From assembly GCA_964016885.1 (NCBI GenBank), contig OZ024744.1, positions 99,820,001 through 99,884,000 of the forward strand: DNA of 64,000 nucleotides. The letters are read 5' to 3'. The position numbers and the translations under genes are program-made. Positions 1-13,489 of the stretch are shown here, one piece after another. Under the pieces are notes generated by a model, which was given only the letters and a program-made list of their open reading frames with translations, had not been told where the DNA came from and made no database searches. The first letter of the stretch is position 1, and every line of letters begins with the position of its first letter. The stretch is from Eledone cirrhosa (lineage: Eukaryota).

Positions 1-176
1 CCCAGCACTGACTGTAAATGAGGTTGGTGTTAGGAAGGGCATCCAGCTGTAGAAATCAAGCCAGCATCAGTTCCCGTCCCACCCTTGCAAGCAGGGAAAA
101 AGCGGACGTAAAATGATGATGATGATATATATATATATATATACATACATATACATATATATATATATATATATAC

Positions 177-221
<45 letters not shown>

Positions 222-376
222 TATATATATATATATGCATATTATATATATACATACATGTAGAAAGTGAACAACACAACATATAACTACTCCATTACCA
301 AAGGTTTCTGGATCCCAGACAATAATAATATATGTCTGGATCGGTCATCAGACAGAGATGTTATGAATAGAAAATA

Positions 377-419
<43 letters not shown>

Positions 420-423
<4 letters not shown>

Positions 424-1598
424 CGGTCCCTTCTGGGAAATGGTCGTGCTCGGTATGTAGGAAAGGCGTAGGTAGAAACTCCATCTTATGTCCTAAATGC
501 AAAGTATGGGTGCATAAAAGATGTAGTGGGATCACAGGTAAGCTAACTAAGAACATAGACTTTACATGTGGCCGATGTTCTGGTGCAATAAGTAGCAGCA
601 AGTGCCCACAAAATACTAGCTCTTTCAATTGCGCAGAGGGTTCTATAGAAATAGTGGACAGCTTCCGTTACCTGGGCGATAAAATCAGCAGTGGGGGAGG
701 GTGCTCTGAAAGTACTGTAGCTAGAGTCAGAACAGGTTGGAAAAAGTTCAGAGAGCTTATACCACTATTAGCTGCTAAAGGGTTCTCCCTAAAAATGAAA
801 GGCAGGTTGTACGATGCCTGCATACGAACAGCAATGTTGCATGGTAGTGAGACCTGGGCATTGTGTGCAGAGGATATACGCAGACTAGAGAGGAACGAAG
901 CTTGCATGCTCCGCTGGATGTGTAACAGTAATATACGTGAACGGCAAAGCATAAACGAACTAAGGAAAAAATTAGAGATAAGAGGGATCAGATGTTGTTT
1001 ACTCGAGAGAAGGCTGCGTTGGTATGGACACGTGATGCGCATGAAAGTCGATAGCTGTATTACAAAGTGCAGGGCAATAAAGATAGACGGTAGCCACGGA
1101 ATAGGCAGACCTAGAAAAACATGGGATGAGCTGATAAACTCCAACCTCATACACTTACACCTCTCCAAGACAATGTCACTGGACCGTGACCTTTGGCGGT
1201 ACTCAGTAACAGAGAAGACCCGCCTTGCCAGTAGGCATCTCTAACAAACTACACCCCGTCCCGCCACCACCCCCACCCCATCCACACCACCCCGTTCCAT
1301 GTAAAGTTATGTTGGTGCCGCGCCATCCAGGCCGAAACAAACGAGATCGTGTAGGTGTCACGACAAAAAACACACAGTCCACGCTGTAATGTGGCCGTGT
1401 AGGCAACACGGTAAAAACCTCCCAGACCCACACTGTAAATGTGGTTGGTGTTAGGAAGGGCATCCAACTGTAGAAAACCTGCCAGACAGTCCTATGCGAG
1501 CAAGACAATCACTCTTGCCTCAAGTGGGACTACCCCCGTCCAAACCCATGCAAGCGTGGAACACGGACGTTAAACGTTGATGATGATGATGATGATGA
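420..1598 (+). mobile_element. RTE-clade LINE, 5'-truncated (PHD finger, RT C-terminus, 3'UTR, (GAT)n tail)
   Basis: ORF 267-1244 has FRYLG, LHGSETW, RRLRWYGHVMRM and GRPRKTW; starts at a (TA)n tract and ends in (GAT)n. Confidence 0.9.
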
Positions 1599-1703
1599 TA
1601 TATATCCAGGGGGTGTAACTAGGAGTTACTGCAGGTTCACCCGGGAGAGCACTCGATGTTTAGGTTCACTTCTGTGATGAGGTGTAGAGCTATACAGAGT
1701 GTA

Positions 1704-1926
1704 ATATATTGAAAGGATAAAAAGGACGATTGATTATTCCTTCATTGCATTTATTGATAGGTGACACGTGTTTCGCCACTGATCAGCTCAAGGTTCGATC
1801 TATTTATTGAGTCGGGTAGGATCGATATAGATCGAACCTTGAGCTGATCAGTGACGAAACGCGCGTCACATATCAATAAATGCAATGAAGGAATAATCAA
1901 TCGTCCTTTTTATCCTTTCAATATAT
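1704..1926. repeat. Fold-back insert (~100-bp arms) with the 3' half of a hammerhead and a polyA signal
   Basis: Arms 1704-1803 and 1827-1926; CGAAACGCGCGTCAC...AATAAA; ends in (TA)n. Confidence 0.8.
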
Positions 1927-1933
1927 ATATATA

Positions 1934-2573
1934 TAAAATATGTAGTTTAGAAAGCCACAACAATGCAGATGGGAAATCTCGAGGTAAGAAGTGAGTGAGA
2001 AATAGGAGAAAAGTGAAAATGAAAATGAAAACAAAACAAAGGTAGAAGGGTTACCGTAGAGGAGATTTAATCCCAATATTTCGGGCTCACGCCCATCAAC
2101 GGGGGAAAGTTCCAAAAGGGGGGGGGGGAACAGGCTAAGCCGGAGAAAGTTGTAGTGTCGTTAAAACTTAGGAATGCCGTTATGGGGAAAATTCAATATA
2201 TTTACACACACATATTTTACGGCTTTCACACGCTAGCGCACCCTATTGATTTAACCCAATTGGTCAGTAGCTTTTGCCACAGCCTATCACGCGCACGCGC
2301 ATTCTTTCCCTCGTTTGAATTTTCCCCATAACGGCATTCCTAAGTTTTAACGACACTACAACTTTCTCCGGCTTAGCCTGTTCCCCCCCTTTTGGAACTT
2401 TCCCCCGTTGATGGGCGTGAGCCCGAAATATTGGGATTAAATCTCCTCTACGGTAACCCTTCTACCTTTGTTTTGTTTTCATTTTCATTTTCACTTTTCT
2501 CCTATTTCTCACTCACTTCTTACCTCGAGATTTCCCATCTGCATTGTTGTGGCTTTCTAAACTACATATTTTA
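1934..2573. repeat. Fold-back insert (~260-bp arms) with a degenerate hammerhead fold
   Basis: Arms 1934-2196 and 2315-2573 (mirror ORFs in the track). At 2401-2436: TCCC-CCGTTGA-T-GGGCgtgaGCCC-GAAATATT-GGGA. Confidence 0.8.
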
Positions 2574-2610
2574 CACATTTCACAATGCTTCAAGCAAACT
2601 TTAACACCCT

Positions 2611-2651
<41 letters not shown>

Positions 2652-2655
<4 letters not shown>

Positions 2656-3160
2656 GGAAAAAAATGAAACAAAATTTCATTTCTCACTCTTAGTACGGCT
2701 GTTACTTAAATATAAGTATGTATACGTACATACATATATGTATACAGACGTACAGTAGTATGTATATATATATACATACATGCACACATATATATATATG
2801 TACGTATGGATTCACCGAACATTTATTATAATGCTCGGTGTGTTTGTAAACAAACATCCCGAATTAAGCCGTACAGTGTTGGTATACTGGCAGGAAGGTA
2901 TACGTTGCTGACGATAGCTAATAAGCTATCCTTTGTATCCTACAGCGTTCCTTTGTCAGTGTTGAACAAATGAGCAACGATGGTTGCTAAACACTGTACA
3001 GCTTAATTCGGGATGTTTGTCTACAAACACACCGAGCATTATAATAAATGTTCGGTGAATCCATACGTACATATATATATGTGTGCATGTATGTATATAT
3101 ATATACATACTACTGTACGTCTGTATACGTACATGTATGTACGTATACATACTTATATAT
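2652..3160. mobile_element. Fold-back pLTR-like element, same family as 39771-40660; hammerhead damaged
   Basis: Arms ~2710-2878 and ~2991-3160; GTTG-CTGACGA-TAGCTAATAAGCT at ~2904 but the GAAACTAG segment is replaced. Confidence 0.75.
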
Positions 3161-3193
3161 ACACATATATATATAGAAACAAATTCAGAAACG

Positions 3194-3244
<51 letters not shown>

Positions 3245-3329
3245 GTATATATATATAGAGAGAGAGAGGGGGAGAGAGTCTGCGGTGCTGAGACCGAGGA
3301 GACCGTTTGGCGCTGCATATCTTTCTTTG

Positions 3330-3895
3330 ATCATCATCATCATCATCTTCGTTTAACGTCCTTTTTCCACGTTAGCATGGGTTAGACGGGAGTTGTCCCA
3401 CTTGAGGCAAGGTTGGTCGGGTGACCGTGTCTCGCTCATATAGGACTATCTGGCAGGTTTTCTACGGCTGGATGCCCTTCCTAACACCAACCACATTTAC
3501 AGTGTAGAACTGGGAACTTTTTACCGTGTTACCTACACGGCCACATTACAGCGTGGACTGTGTGTTTTGTTGTGACACCTACACGATCTCGATCTCGATC
3601 TCATTATCTCATTTATTTGGATGTTGTGGTACCAACTTTATAGAGAGAGGGTGGTGTTGGTGGGAGTGGGAGGATAGGGTAGGGGTAGTGGATTGGGGTG
3701 TATATTTGGTTAAGTGGTGCCTACTGACTGTAGGTTCCGCTTTGTACATAGGCAAGGCGGGTCTTCTGTATTACTGCGTAGCGCCAAATATCTTGGTCCA
3801 GTGACATTGTCTTAGAGAGGTGTAAGTGTGAAAGGTCGGAATTTATCAGATCGTCCCAGGTTTTTCTGGGTCTGCCTACTCCGTAACTACCATCA
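3330..3895 (-). mobile_element. RTE LINE 3' end
   Basis: Reverse complement of the 3'UTR and (GAT)n tail seen at 1200-1598 and 23280-23822. Confidence 0.85.
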
Positions 3896-4144
3896 ATTTC
3901 TTTATATATATATATTTTACATTTATATATTTATATATAATATATATATATATTTATATTCATTTCATTTTACGCCCGCTTTTTCCCTGCTTGCAAGGGT
4001 GGGACGGGAACTGATTCTGGCTTGATTTCTACAGCTGAATGCCCTTTTATATATATATATATATATGGTGGTTGCAAACTCTGCTAAGAGTATTGCAATC
4101 GCTTGTCAGATTACAGAAAATGGTGCACCTTAATATATATATAT

Positions 4145-4175
<31 letters not shown>

Positions 4176-4345
4176 GATCTCAAATTGCTGAAACTCACAG
4201 AAGAGATGATGAAGGAGCACAATGAGTGGAAAGAAGCTGTTCAATAAAATGGTGATGATATATATATATACATATATATATAAAGGTAGAACACTGGAAG
4301 GTAATATCCGTAGAAGTAGAGCACTCGCTCCGTGGGATGAGTTTG

Positions 4346-4430
4346 GTAGAAGTAGTAACACAACAGTTAGTTCAACGGTGAAACAATTGTTCTCAGTATG
4401 GTGAACTAACTGTGGTGTTACTACTTCTAC
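4346..4430. repeat. Short fold-back with a hammerhead 3' half (family of 15545-15620)
   Basis: GTAGAAGTAGTAACACAACAGTTAGTTCA ... TGAACTAACTGTGGTGTTACTACTTCTAC around GAAACAATTGTTCTC. Confidence 0.7.
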
Positions 4431-4474
4431 ATATATATATATATGTATATATATATGTATGTATATATATATAT

Positions 4475-5060
4475 CATCATCATCATCATTTTACGTCCGC
4501 TTTTCACTGCTTGCAAGGGTGGGACGGGTCTTATTCAGCACAGCATCTCTCCACTTGTCACGGTCCTTTGTCATCTCTTCTGTGAACTTCAGCGATCTGA
4601 GGTCTGTTCTCACCACCTCCGTCCATGTTTTTCGTGGTCTACCTCTACCACGTCTTCCTTCAACTGGTATTTCCTGGCACTTCTTCACCCATCGGTCATC
4701 CTCCATGCGCATCACATGACCATAACACCTCAGTCTCCTCTCCCGTACACTACATTCTATCCCTCTCAGACACAGTTTCTCTCTCAACACATTCATGCTG
4801 TGTCGTTCACGCACATTGACACTGCGCATCCAACGGAGCATGCTTGCCTCATTTCTCTCCAGCCGTCACATATCCTCTGCAGTTGCTGCCCATGTCTCAC
4901 TACGATGCAGCATCACACTCCTCACACAGGCATCATATAACCGGCCTTTCGTACGCAGGGAGAAACCCGGCCTTTCGTACGCAGGGAGAAACCCTTCTTC
5001 GTCAGCAGAGGAAGCAGCTCCCTAAACTTCTTCCAACCCGTCCTTATTCTAGATACTATG
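4475..5060 (-). mobile_element. RTE LINE, second family (short 3'UTR), 3' fragment
   Basis: ORF 4491-4841 has RRLRCYGHVMRM and GRPRKTW; near-identical to 62450-63005; small internal duplication at ~4944-4993. Confidence 0.88.
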
Positions 5061-5728
5061 GGATATACTTTCCAGTGCAAGTGCATATCAGAGTGGATTT
5101 AAGTACTGGAGGTTATGTAACCTTGAGCTCTTTTACATATTAAAATCCAAAAACAAACTACTTAACGATAGAATTGAACGATCATTATACTGCAACCACA
5201 AACTAAAAGCTAAATTCTCTCACTATAAAATAACTTAACATTCGAACCCGTAACTATAACACCGCTTTCTAGCTAACCACCTTCTCTTCCTCCACACTAC
5301 AAGACAATACACTGCTTATCACTATAAATGGTAACTCAGTACAATTCCTAGATTACTACTACAAACCCAAAGTTCACTCACCACATAAACTTCGTCTGTC
5401 CCCTCTCTACCTCTCTCTCTACATCCATTACACTCTCTCTCTCTCTCTCGCCTTTGGCCTACCTCCCTCTCCACATCTATGAACCTGCCCTCTGGGGCAA
5501 TAAATAATTCCGACCTTAACTATCAACGCATCTCTCCAAAAGTAACCAGTATAATAAAACCCCTACCATAACATTTTGATTAAGATATCTACCACTCTCT
5601 CCTACTTCTCCAACCCCTGCATATCTTTCTCTCCCTCTCCCTCTCCCCTACTGTTCTCTCTTCCTTTTCTACTCTATCTTCCCCAACAACCCCACTTAAG
5701 GGTATTTACATTGTACATTTTACCATTC

Positions 5729-5840
5729 TGCTCTGAGGATACAGTGGTCACAGCATTGGATATTTGAGTTCTGAAAATACTTGTAAATTTGAACATAGCA
5801 TAACTAGGCTGTAGTACCACCGTGGAAACATTTGTAAGCA
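5729..5840 (+). ncRNA. Hammerhead ribozyme motif with long stem II, at the 3' end of a Penelope-like remnant (~5060-5900)
   Basis: TGCT-CTGAGGA-[TACAGTGGTCACAGC...GCTGTAGTACCACCGTG]-GAAACATTTGTA-AGCA, followed by AATAAA. Confidence 0.65.
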
Positions 5841-6042
5841 CACGGAATAAATTACCTTTTTATGATGTCTACCTGTTATTATTCATTCTTTATATACACT
5901 CCGGAATACAGAAGGATCAGGAACTAAGTTTCTTCAACAATTCTTCCATAACTCGTAGAGTAACCTCTTACCATACGTCAACCATATCCAGTGTAGTAAT
6001 TAACCATTTAACCATTACTACATCTTGGATAATCCTATACCT

Positions 6043-6111
<69 letters not shown>

Positions 6112-6114
<3 letters not shown>

Positions 6115-6860
6115 GCATTGTGTGCAGAGGATATACGCAGACTGGAGAGAAACGAAGCTTGCATGCTCCGCTGGATGTGTAATAGTAATATATGTGAACG
6201 GCAAAGCATAAATGAACTAAGGGAAAAATTAGGAATAAGAGGGATCAGATGTTGTTTACTCGAGAGAAGACTACGTTGGTATGGTCACGTGATGCGCATG
6301 AAAGACGACAGCTGTATAAAAAAGTGCAGGGCAATAAAGATAGACGGTAGCCACAGAGTAGGCAGACCCAGAAAAACCTGGGACGACTTGATAAATTCCG
6401 ACCTCACACACTTACACCTCTCCAAGACAATGTCACTGGACCGAGATCTTTGGCGCTACACAGTCATACAGAAGACCTGCCTTGCCTAAGTACAAAGCGA
6501 AACCTACATTCAGTAGGCACCTCTAACAAAATACACCCCGTCCCACTACCCCCTTAAATGTGAAGTTATGTTGGTATCACAACATCCAGTCCAAAACAAA
6601 TGAGGTCGTGTAGGTGTCACAACAAAAAAAACACACAGTCCACACTGTAATGTGACCATGTAGGTAACATGGTAAAAAGCTCCACACTGTAAACGTGGTT
6701 GGTGTTAGGAAGGGCATCCATCCATAGAAAACCTGCCAGGCAGTCCTATACAAGCAAGACAACCAATCTTGCCTCAAGTGGGAAAACTCCCGTCCAAACC
6801 CCTGCAAGCGTGGAAGATGGACGTTAAACGATGATGATGATGATGATGATGATGATGATA
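6112..6860 (+). mobile_element. RTE LINE 3' fragment
   Basis: ORF 6025-6489 with RRLRWYGHVMRM; (GAT)n tail. Confidence 0.9.
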
Positions 6861-6920
6861 TATAGTAATAATAATAAATTTGAAGACTAAAATCCAAAGA
6901 TAAATAACTTTAATCTGTTA

Positions 6921-7009
<89 letters not shown>

Positions 7010-7013
<4 letters not shown>

Positions 7014-8441
7014 TCATCATCATCATCAACGTTTAACGTCCGTGTTCCACGGGTTTGGGGGGTATTTTGTTAGAGATGCCTACTGGCTGTAGTAGGTTTT
7101 ACTATGTATTTAGGTAAGGCGGGTCTTCTCTGTTACTGAGTACCGCCAAAGGTCTCGGTCCAGTGACATTGTCTTGGAGAGGTGTAAGTGTGTGAGGTCG
7201 GAGTTTATCAGCTCGTCTCAGGTTTTTCTAGGTCTGCCTATTCCGTGGCTACCGTCTATCTTTATTGCCCTGCACTTTGTTATACAGCTATCGACTTTCA
7301 TGCACATCACGTGTCCATACCAACGTAGCCTTCTCTCGAGTAAACAACATCTGATCCCTCTTATTTCTAATTTTTTCCTTAGTTCGTTTATGCTTTGCCG
7401 TTCACGTATATTACTGTTACACATCCAGCGGAGCATGCAAGCTTCGTTCCTCTCTAGTCTGCGTATATCCTCTGCACACAATGCCCAGGCCTCACTGCCA
7501 TGCAACATTGCTGTTCGTATGCAGGCATCATACAACCTGCCTTTCATTTTTAGGAGAACCCTTTAGCAGCTAATAGTGGTATAAGCTCTCTGAACTTTTT
7601 CCAACCAGTTCTGACTCTAGCTACTGTACTTTCAGAGCACCCTCCCCCACTGCTGATTTTGTCGCCCAGGTAACGGAAGCTGTCCACTATTTCTATAGAA
7701 CCCTCTGCGCAATTGAAAGAGCTAGTATTTTGTGGGCACTTGCTGCTACTTATTGCACCAGAGCACCGGCCACATGTAAAATCTATGTTCTTAGTTAGCT
7801 TACCTGTGATCCCACTACACCTTTTATGCACCCATACTTTGCATTTGGGACATAAAATGGAGTTTCTACCTACGCCTTTCCTACACACTGAGCATGGCCA
7901 TTTCCCAGAAGGGACCGCCGCCTTATTTTCTTTCCTACAAACTAGAACTTTAGTCTTAGCCAGGTTAATTTTTAGTCCTTTTGACTCTAGGCCGTGCTTC
8001 CATGTTTGGAATTTCTTCTCTAGCTCGGCCATTGATTCAGCTATGAGTGTCAGGTCGTCTGCGTATAGGAGTTCCCATGGGCAGCCGGTCTTGAACTCCT
8101 CTGTTATAGCCTGAAGGGCAATAATAAATAGTAGGGGGCTGAGAACAGAGCCCTGATGGACACCAACTTTTACGCTAAACTCTTCACTATATTCGTTGTT
8201 AATTCTAACCTTGCTGACTGTTTCTTTATACATGGCTTGTATAGCTCTCACAAGCCATTCGTCAACACCTAGTTTTCTAAGAGCCCACCAGATAATGGAA
8301 CAGGGGACTCTGTCGAAGGCTTTCTCCAAGTCGACAAAAGCTAAGTAGAGGGGTTTACCTTTAGCTAGGTACTTCTCCTGTAGTTGTCGTACAATGAAAA
8401 GAGCATCTGTGGTACTTTTGCCTGACACAAACCCGAACTGC

Positions 8442-8446
<5 letters not shown>
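7010..8446 (-). mobile_element. RTE LINE with RT domain (frameshifted)
   Basis: QFGF..GKST, FVDLEKAFDRV, GVHQGSVLSPLLF, YADD and PHD finger; starts at (TA)n 8447-8490. Confidence 0.93.
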
Positions 8447-8490
<44 letters not shown>

Positions 8491-8495
<5 letters not shown>

Positions 8496-9848
8496 CTTAG
8501 CCCTCTCCTGTTCATCATAGTTCTGCAGGCAATAACGGAGGAGTTTAAGACCGGATGCCCATGGGAACTCCTGTATGCTGATGACCTCGCACTCATAGCT
8601 GAATCTATGATAGAACTAGAGAATAAATTCCAAACCTGGAAGCAAGGACTAGAAAGAAAGGGTCTCAAAGTCAACATGACAACGACTAAGGTCCTTGTAA
8701 GTAGACGAGAAAACAGAACCCAGATCCCCTCAGGGAAATGGCCTTGCTCAGTATGTAGGAAAGGTGTAGGTAGGAACTCCATTCTCTGCCCCAAATGCAA
8801 ACAATGGGTACACAAGAGATGTAGCGGAATCTCAGGAAGCTTAATTAAGAATGTAGGATTCACATGCAGCAGCTGTGCTGAGACAGCAAACAGCAAACAG
8901 CCACAGGAAACAAGTACCACCAATCTCTGGGAGGGCCCTGTAGAAACAGTAGACAGCTTCTGCTACTTAGGTGACCGAATTAGCAACGGAGGTGGGTGTT
9001 CAGAAAGTACAATAACTAGGGTAAGAACGGGATGGAAGAAGTTCAGGGAACTACTGCCACTGCTAGCTGCAAAAGGCTTCTCCCTCCAAATGAAAGGCAG
9101 ACTGTATGATGCGTGTATTCGAACAGCAATATTACATGGTAGTGCGACCTGGGCGCTGAAGGTGGAAGACTTACGTAGATTAGAGAGAAACGAAGCCTGC
9201 ATGCTCCGATGGATGTGTAACAGTAATATACGTGAACGACAAAGTATAAATGAATTGAGAGAGAGACTAAGCATAAGAGGAATCAAATGCTGTGTGCAGG
9301 AGAGGCGGTGGCGTTGGTATGGACATGTGATGCGTATGAAGGATGACAGCTGCATAAAAAGGTGCAGAGCACTAGAAGTCGATGGAAATCGCGGAGTGGG
9401 GAGACCCAAGAAGACCTGGGATGAGGTGATAAAAGCCGACCTTACCCAATTACACCTCTCAAAGACAATGACATACGACCGTGACTTCTGGCGTCACGCA
9501 GTAATACAGAGTACCCGACCTCCCATGGGTACAAGCTGAAGCATATAGACAATATGCCCCCACACCCTCCCACTGCAAGGTGGTCGTGGAGGTGCCACGG
9601 CAAAAAAGCACCCAGTCCACACTGTAAAGTGGACGTGTAGGCGCCACGAAAAAGCACCCAGCACTCACTGTAAATGAGGTTGGTGTTAGGAAGGGCATCC
9701 AGCTGTAGAAATCAAGCCAGATCAGTTCCTGTATGAGCAAGGCATGGTCAGCCGACCAGACACTGCCCATAACAGGACAACCCGTCTAACCCATGCTAGC
9801 GTGGAAGAACGGACGTAAAACGGTGATGATGATGATGATGATGATGAT
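8491..9848 (+). mobile_element. RTE LINE 3' portion, third subfamily
   Basis: ORF 8394-9539 has VLSPLLF, YADD, PHD finger, FCYLG; 3'UTR and (GAT)n tail. Confidence 0.92.
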
Positions 9849-10479
9849 ATATATACATATATATATATACATATATATACATATATATATACATATATAT
9901 ATATCAACACATTTTTATGTCTGCTTTTCCATGTTTGCATGGGTTGAACAGGTCTTTTCCAGAACAGCTTATATATATGATGATGATGATGAATAGGTTA
10001 ATCATAGATCTGCTGTTTTTTTAAGGCAAAACTGAGGCTAGACAACAACAACAACAAGGACAGTGACAACAACAACAACAACTATAGGAAGTATTATGAG
10101 TCACGTGATTACAATAGAACAGAGAGGTTTTAGTTTGTTTCCATATCCAGGCCTAACTGATCCCCTTCATTTGACACGTATTCTTTGACTTAACCCTTTA
10201 CCATTTACATTACTCTATATATACGATTATATTTTCATGTTAAAGGCTTTACCTTACATAATTATCTCATTTTTTGTTTTTGTCTTAAAACTCAAACGAC
10301 AATGTCTGGCAACTTTCTAGAGAGTGTGACCCCAGATGAACCAGTAGTACTATTAGTAGGTGATGAAACTGTGTAAATTCATTACAACTTCTGTATGTTG
10401 ATAACCTGGCTTTTATTACTGAGTCTGTGAAAGAGGTTGAGGAAAAATTTCTTTTGAACAAAGAGGAATTCTAATCAAA

Positions 10480-11570
10480 ATGGCTGAGTAAACTTGGCAA
10501 AGACCAAAATTTTAGTAAGTAGAAAAGAGGACAAGACTCTAATCCCATCAGGGCGGTGGTCATACTTGGTATGTAGAAAATTGTTAGATAGAAACTCAAT
10601 ATGATGTACTCAATGTAAAACTTGGGTACACAAAAGGTGTAGTGGGATTGTAGGTAGACTGACAGAAAAAGTAGACATTGTTTGTGGCAGATGCTCAGTA
10701 GTTGGTAGTTAGAACACCAGTAAAATAAACTTTTTCAGATCCCAGGAGAAATGGTTGATAGATTCTGTTACTGAGTTGACTTAATTAGCAGTGGAGGAGG
10801 TTGCTCTGGAAGCATAGTAGCTAGAATAAAATAGGATGGAAAAGGTTTAAGGATCTAAGAGTAGATAGTATGATCCTGCATCAGAAGTGTGATGTTGCAT
10901 GACAGTGAGATGTGAGAAGTAAATGGCAGAGCACATGTGAAAGGTTCAGAGAAATAAAGTGAGCATGTCCCATTGGGTATGTAATGTTAGTGTACATGAA
11001 CAGCATGGATGATGTGAGAGAAAAGCTGGGTATTGGAGGAATCAGATGTAGTATGCAAGAGAGAAGACAGTGCTGGTATAGATATGTAAAATGCTGGTAT
11101 GGATGAAGAACACTGGGTAAAGTGCCACGAGAACCAGTGGAAGGAAGGTGCAGTAGAAGAAGACAGGAAATGAGGTGGTTAGAGCTGATCTAAAATGTTA
11201 AACCTTTCTTAGGAGATGATGACAAAATGTACTATGAGTGGAGAGGATTTGTTCAACCCATGCAATCATGAAAATGCATGTGATGCACGTGGATGATGAT
11301 TGCCAGGTAAAGAAGTGCCAAGAAATCCCAGTGAAAGGAAACTGCAGTAGATGAAGACCAAAGAAGACCTGAGCAGAAGTGGTGAGAGCTGATCTGAAAT
11401 GACTGAAGCTCATAGAAGAGATGACAAAGGATCATAATAAGTAGAGATAGGCTGTGCTGAAAAAGACATGTCCAACCCATACAGGCATTGAAAAGAAGTC
11501 ATGATATGATGATGACGATGACGATGATGATGATGATGATGACGATGACGATGATGATGACGATGATGAT
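10480..11570 (+). mobile_element. Old, decayed RTE LINE 3' portion
   Basis: Recognisable nucleotide similarity to the younger copies but many stops; duplicated 3' end; (GAT/GAC)n tail. Confidence 0.7.
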
Positions 11571-11605
11571 CAAGGGTGATCTCCCTCTTCATTCTTCCTC
11601 TCCTT

Positions 11606-11641
<36 letters not shown>

Positions 11642-11972
11642 AGTGAGCAATATGTGTGTATGTAGGTGACAAACAAGTAGATTCTCTCAACCATCCACTC
11701 ATCCCTCCCCTCCTTACTACAAAGGTATAACAACTAACTGACCTTCTACCCAGGCTAGCCATGACCCTGTGACCTTCCAATGTCACCCTAACATACACAC
11801 CCAATTTCACAGAGTCTTTTGTCATTTCGTTTCTTTCTTTTTTATTCTTTTTTATTCTTCCTTCTCCACTTTCTCACCACTATATTCCTTTCTACTTCCC
11901 TTAGCCAACTGAGCTCATGGTTGATCCTCTACTTCACTAATATACTCACTTTGTATCATACTATGTATTGAG

Positions 11973-13003
11973 TACTACTCTGTTTTGTGGCCTTATGGTA
12001 CTACTCTGTTTTGTGCCCTTATGGTACTACTCTGTTTTGTGGTCTTATGGTACTACTCTGTTTTGTGGCCTTATGGTACTACTCTGTTTTGTGGTCTTAT
12101 GGTACTACTCTGTTTTGTGGTCTTATGGTACTACTCTGTTTTGTGGTCTTATGGTACTACTCTGTTTTGTGGTCTTATGGTACTACTCTGTTTTGTGGTC
12201 TTATGGTACAACTCTGTTTTGTGGTCTTATGGTACTACTCTGTTTTGTGGTCTTATGGTTCTACTCTGTTTTGTGGTCTTATGGTACTACTCTGTTTTGT
12301 GGCCTTATGGTACTACTCTGTTTTGTGGTCTTATGGTACTACTCTGTTTTGTGGCCTTATGGTACTACTCTGTTTTGTGGTCTTATGGTACTACTCTGTT
12401 TTGTGGCCTTATGGTACTACTCTGTTTTGTGGTCTTATGGTACTACTCTGTTTTGTGGTCTTATGGTACTACTCTGTTTTGTGGTCTTATGGTACTACTC
12501 TGTTTTGTGGCCTTATGGTACTACTCTGTTTTGTGGTCTTATGGTACTACTCTGTTTTGTGGTCTTATGGTACAACTCTGTTTTGTGGTCTTATGGTACA
12601 ACTCTGTTTTGTGGTCTTATGGTACAACTCTGTTTTGTGGTCTTATGGTACAAGTCTGTTTTGTGGCCTTATGGTACTACTCTGTTTTGTGGTCTTATGG
12701 TACAACTCTGTTCTGTGGTCTTATGGTACTACTCTGTTCTGTGGTCTTATGGTACAACTCTGTTTTGTGGTCTTATGGTACTACTCTGTTTTGTGGTCTT
12801 ATGGTACAACTCTGTTTTGTGGCCTTATGGTACAACTCTGTTTTGTGGCCTTATGGTACAACTCTGTTCTGTGGTCTTATGGTACTACTCTGTTTTGTGG
12901 TCTTATGGTACAACTCTGTTTTGTGGTCTTATGGTACTACTCTGTTTTGTGGTCTTATGGTACTACTCTGTTTTGTGGTCTTGTGGTACTACTCTGTTTT
13001 GTG
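11973..13003. repeat. 26-bp minisatellite, ~40 copies (TACTACTCTGTTTTGTGGTCTTATGG)
   Basis: Direct reading; the 26-aa periodicity in all three + frames is explained by the unit length. Confidence 0.97.
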
Positions 13004-13117
13004 CATATTTTTTTCAGTTCTTCATGCTTAACCCTCTCCATTTCAAATGTTCTAACTCCATTACAAATGGAATTTCTCCAGGCCACTCTATCTTATGAAC
13101 ATGATTCAAGATTTTTG

Positions 13118-13465
13118 TAGGATGTGACTGTGACCGCTGGCGTCACACAGTAATACAGAATACCCGACTTCCCAGAGGTACAAGCCAAAGCTGAAGCATA
13201 TAAACAATATGCCCCCATCCCCTCCCATGGCAAAGGGGTCGTGTAGGTGCGACGATAAAAAAAAAGCACCCAACACTCACTGTAAATGAGGTTAGTGTTA
13301 GGAAGGGCATCCAGCTGTAGAAATCAAGCCAAAATCAGATCCCGTATGAGCAAGACAAGGTCAGCCGACCTGGCATTGCCCACAATAGGCCAACCCGTCT
13401 GACCCATGCTAGCGTGGAAGAATGGACATAAAACGGTGTTGCTGATGATGATGATGATGATGATG
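13118..13465 (+). mobile_element. RTE LINE 3'UTR and tail
   Basis: Matches 9470-9848. Confidence 0.85.
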
Positions 13466-13489
13466 TTAAGACATTTTAAGTTCACTTTT

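Noticed and set aside
7550-9539. Overlapping antisense ORF pair as one bidirectional gene
   Set aside because: Two independent RTE copies back-to-back across a (TA)n tract that lets the frames read through.
11640-11825. Candidate SLC5 exon 2 on minus
   Set aside because: Lacks the GxFLAGR motif and convincing splice sites.
11968-13120. Hydrophobic 350-377-aa ORFs
   Set aside because: Translation artefacts of the 26-bp satellite.
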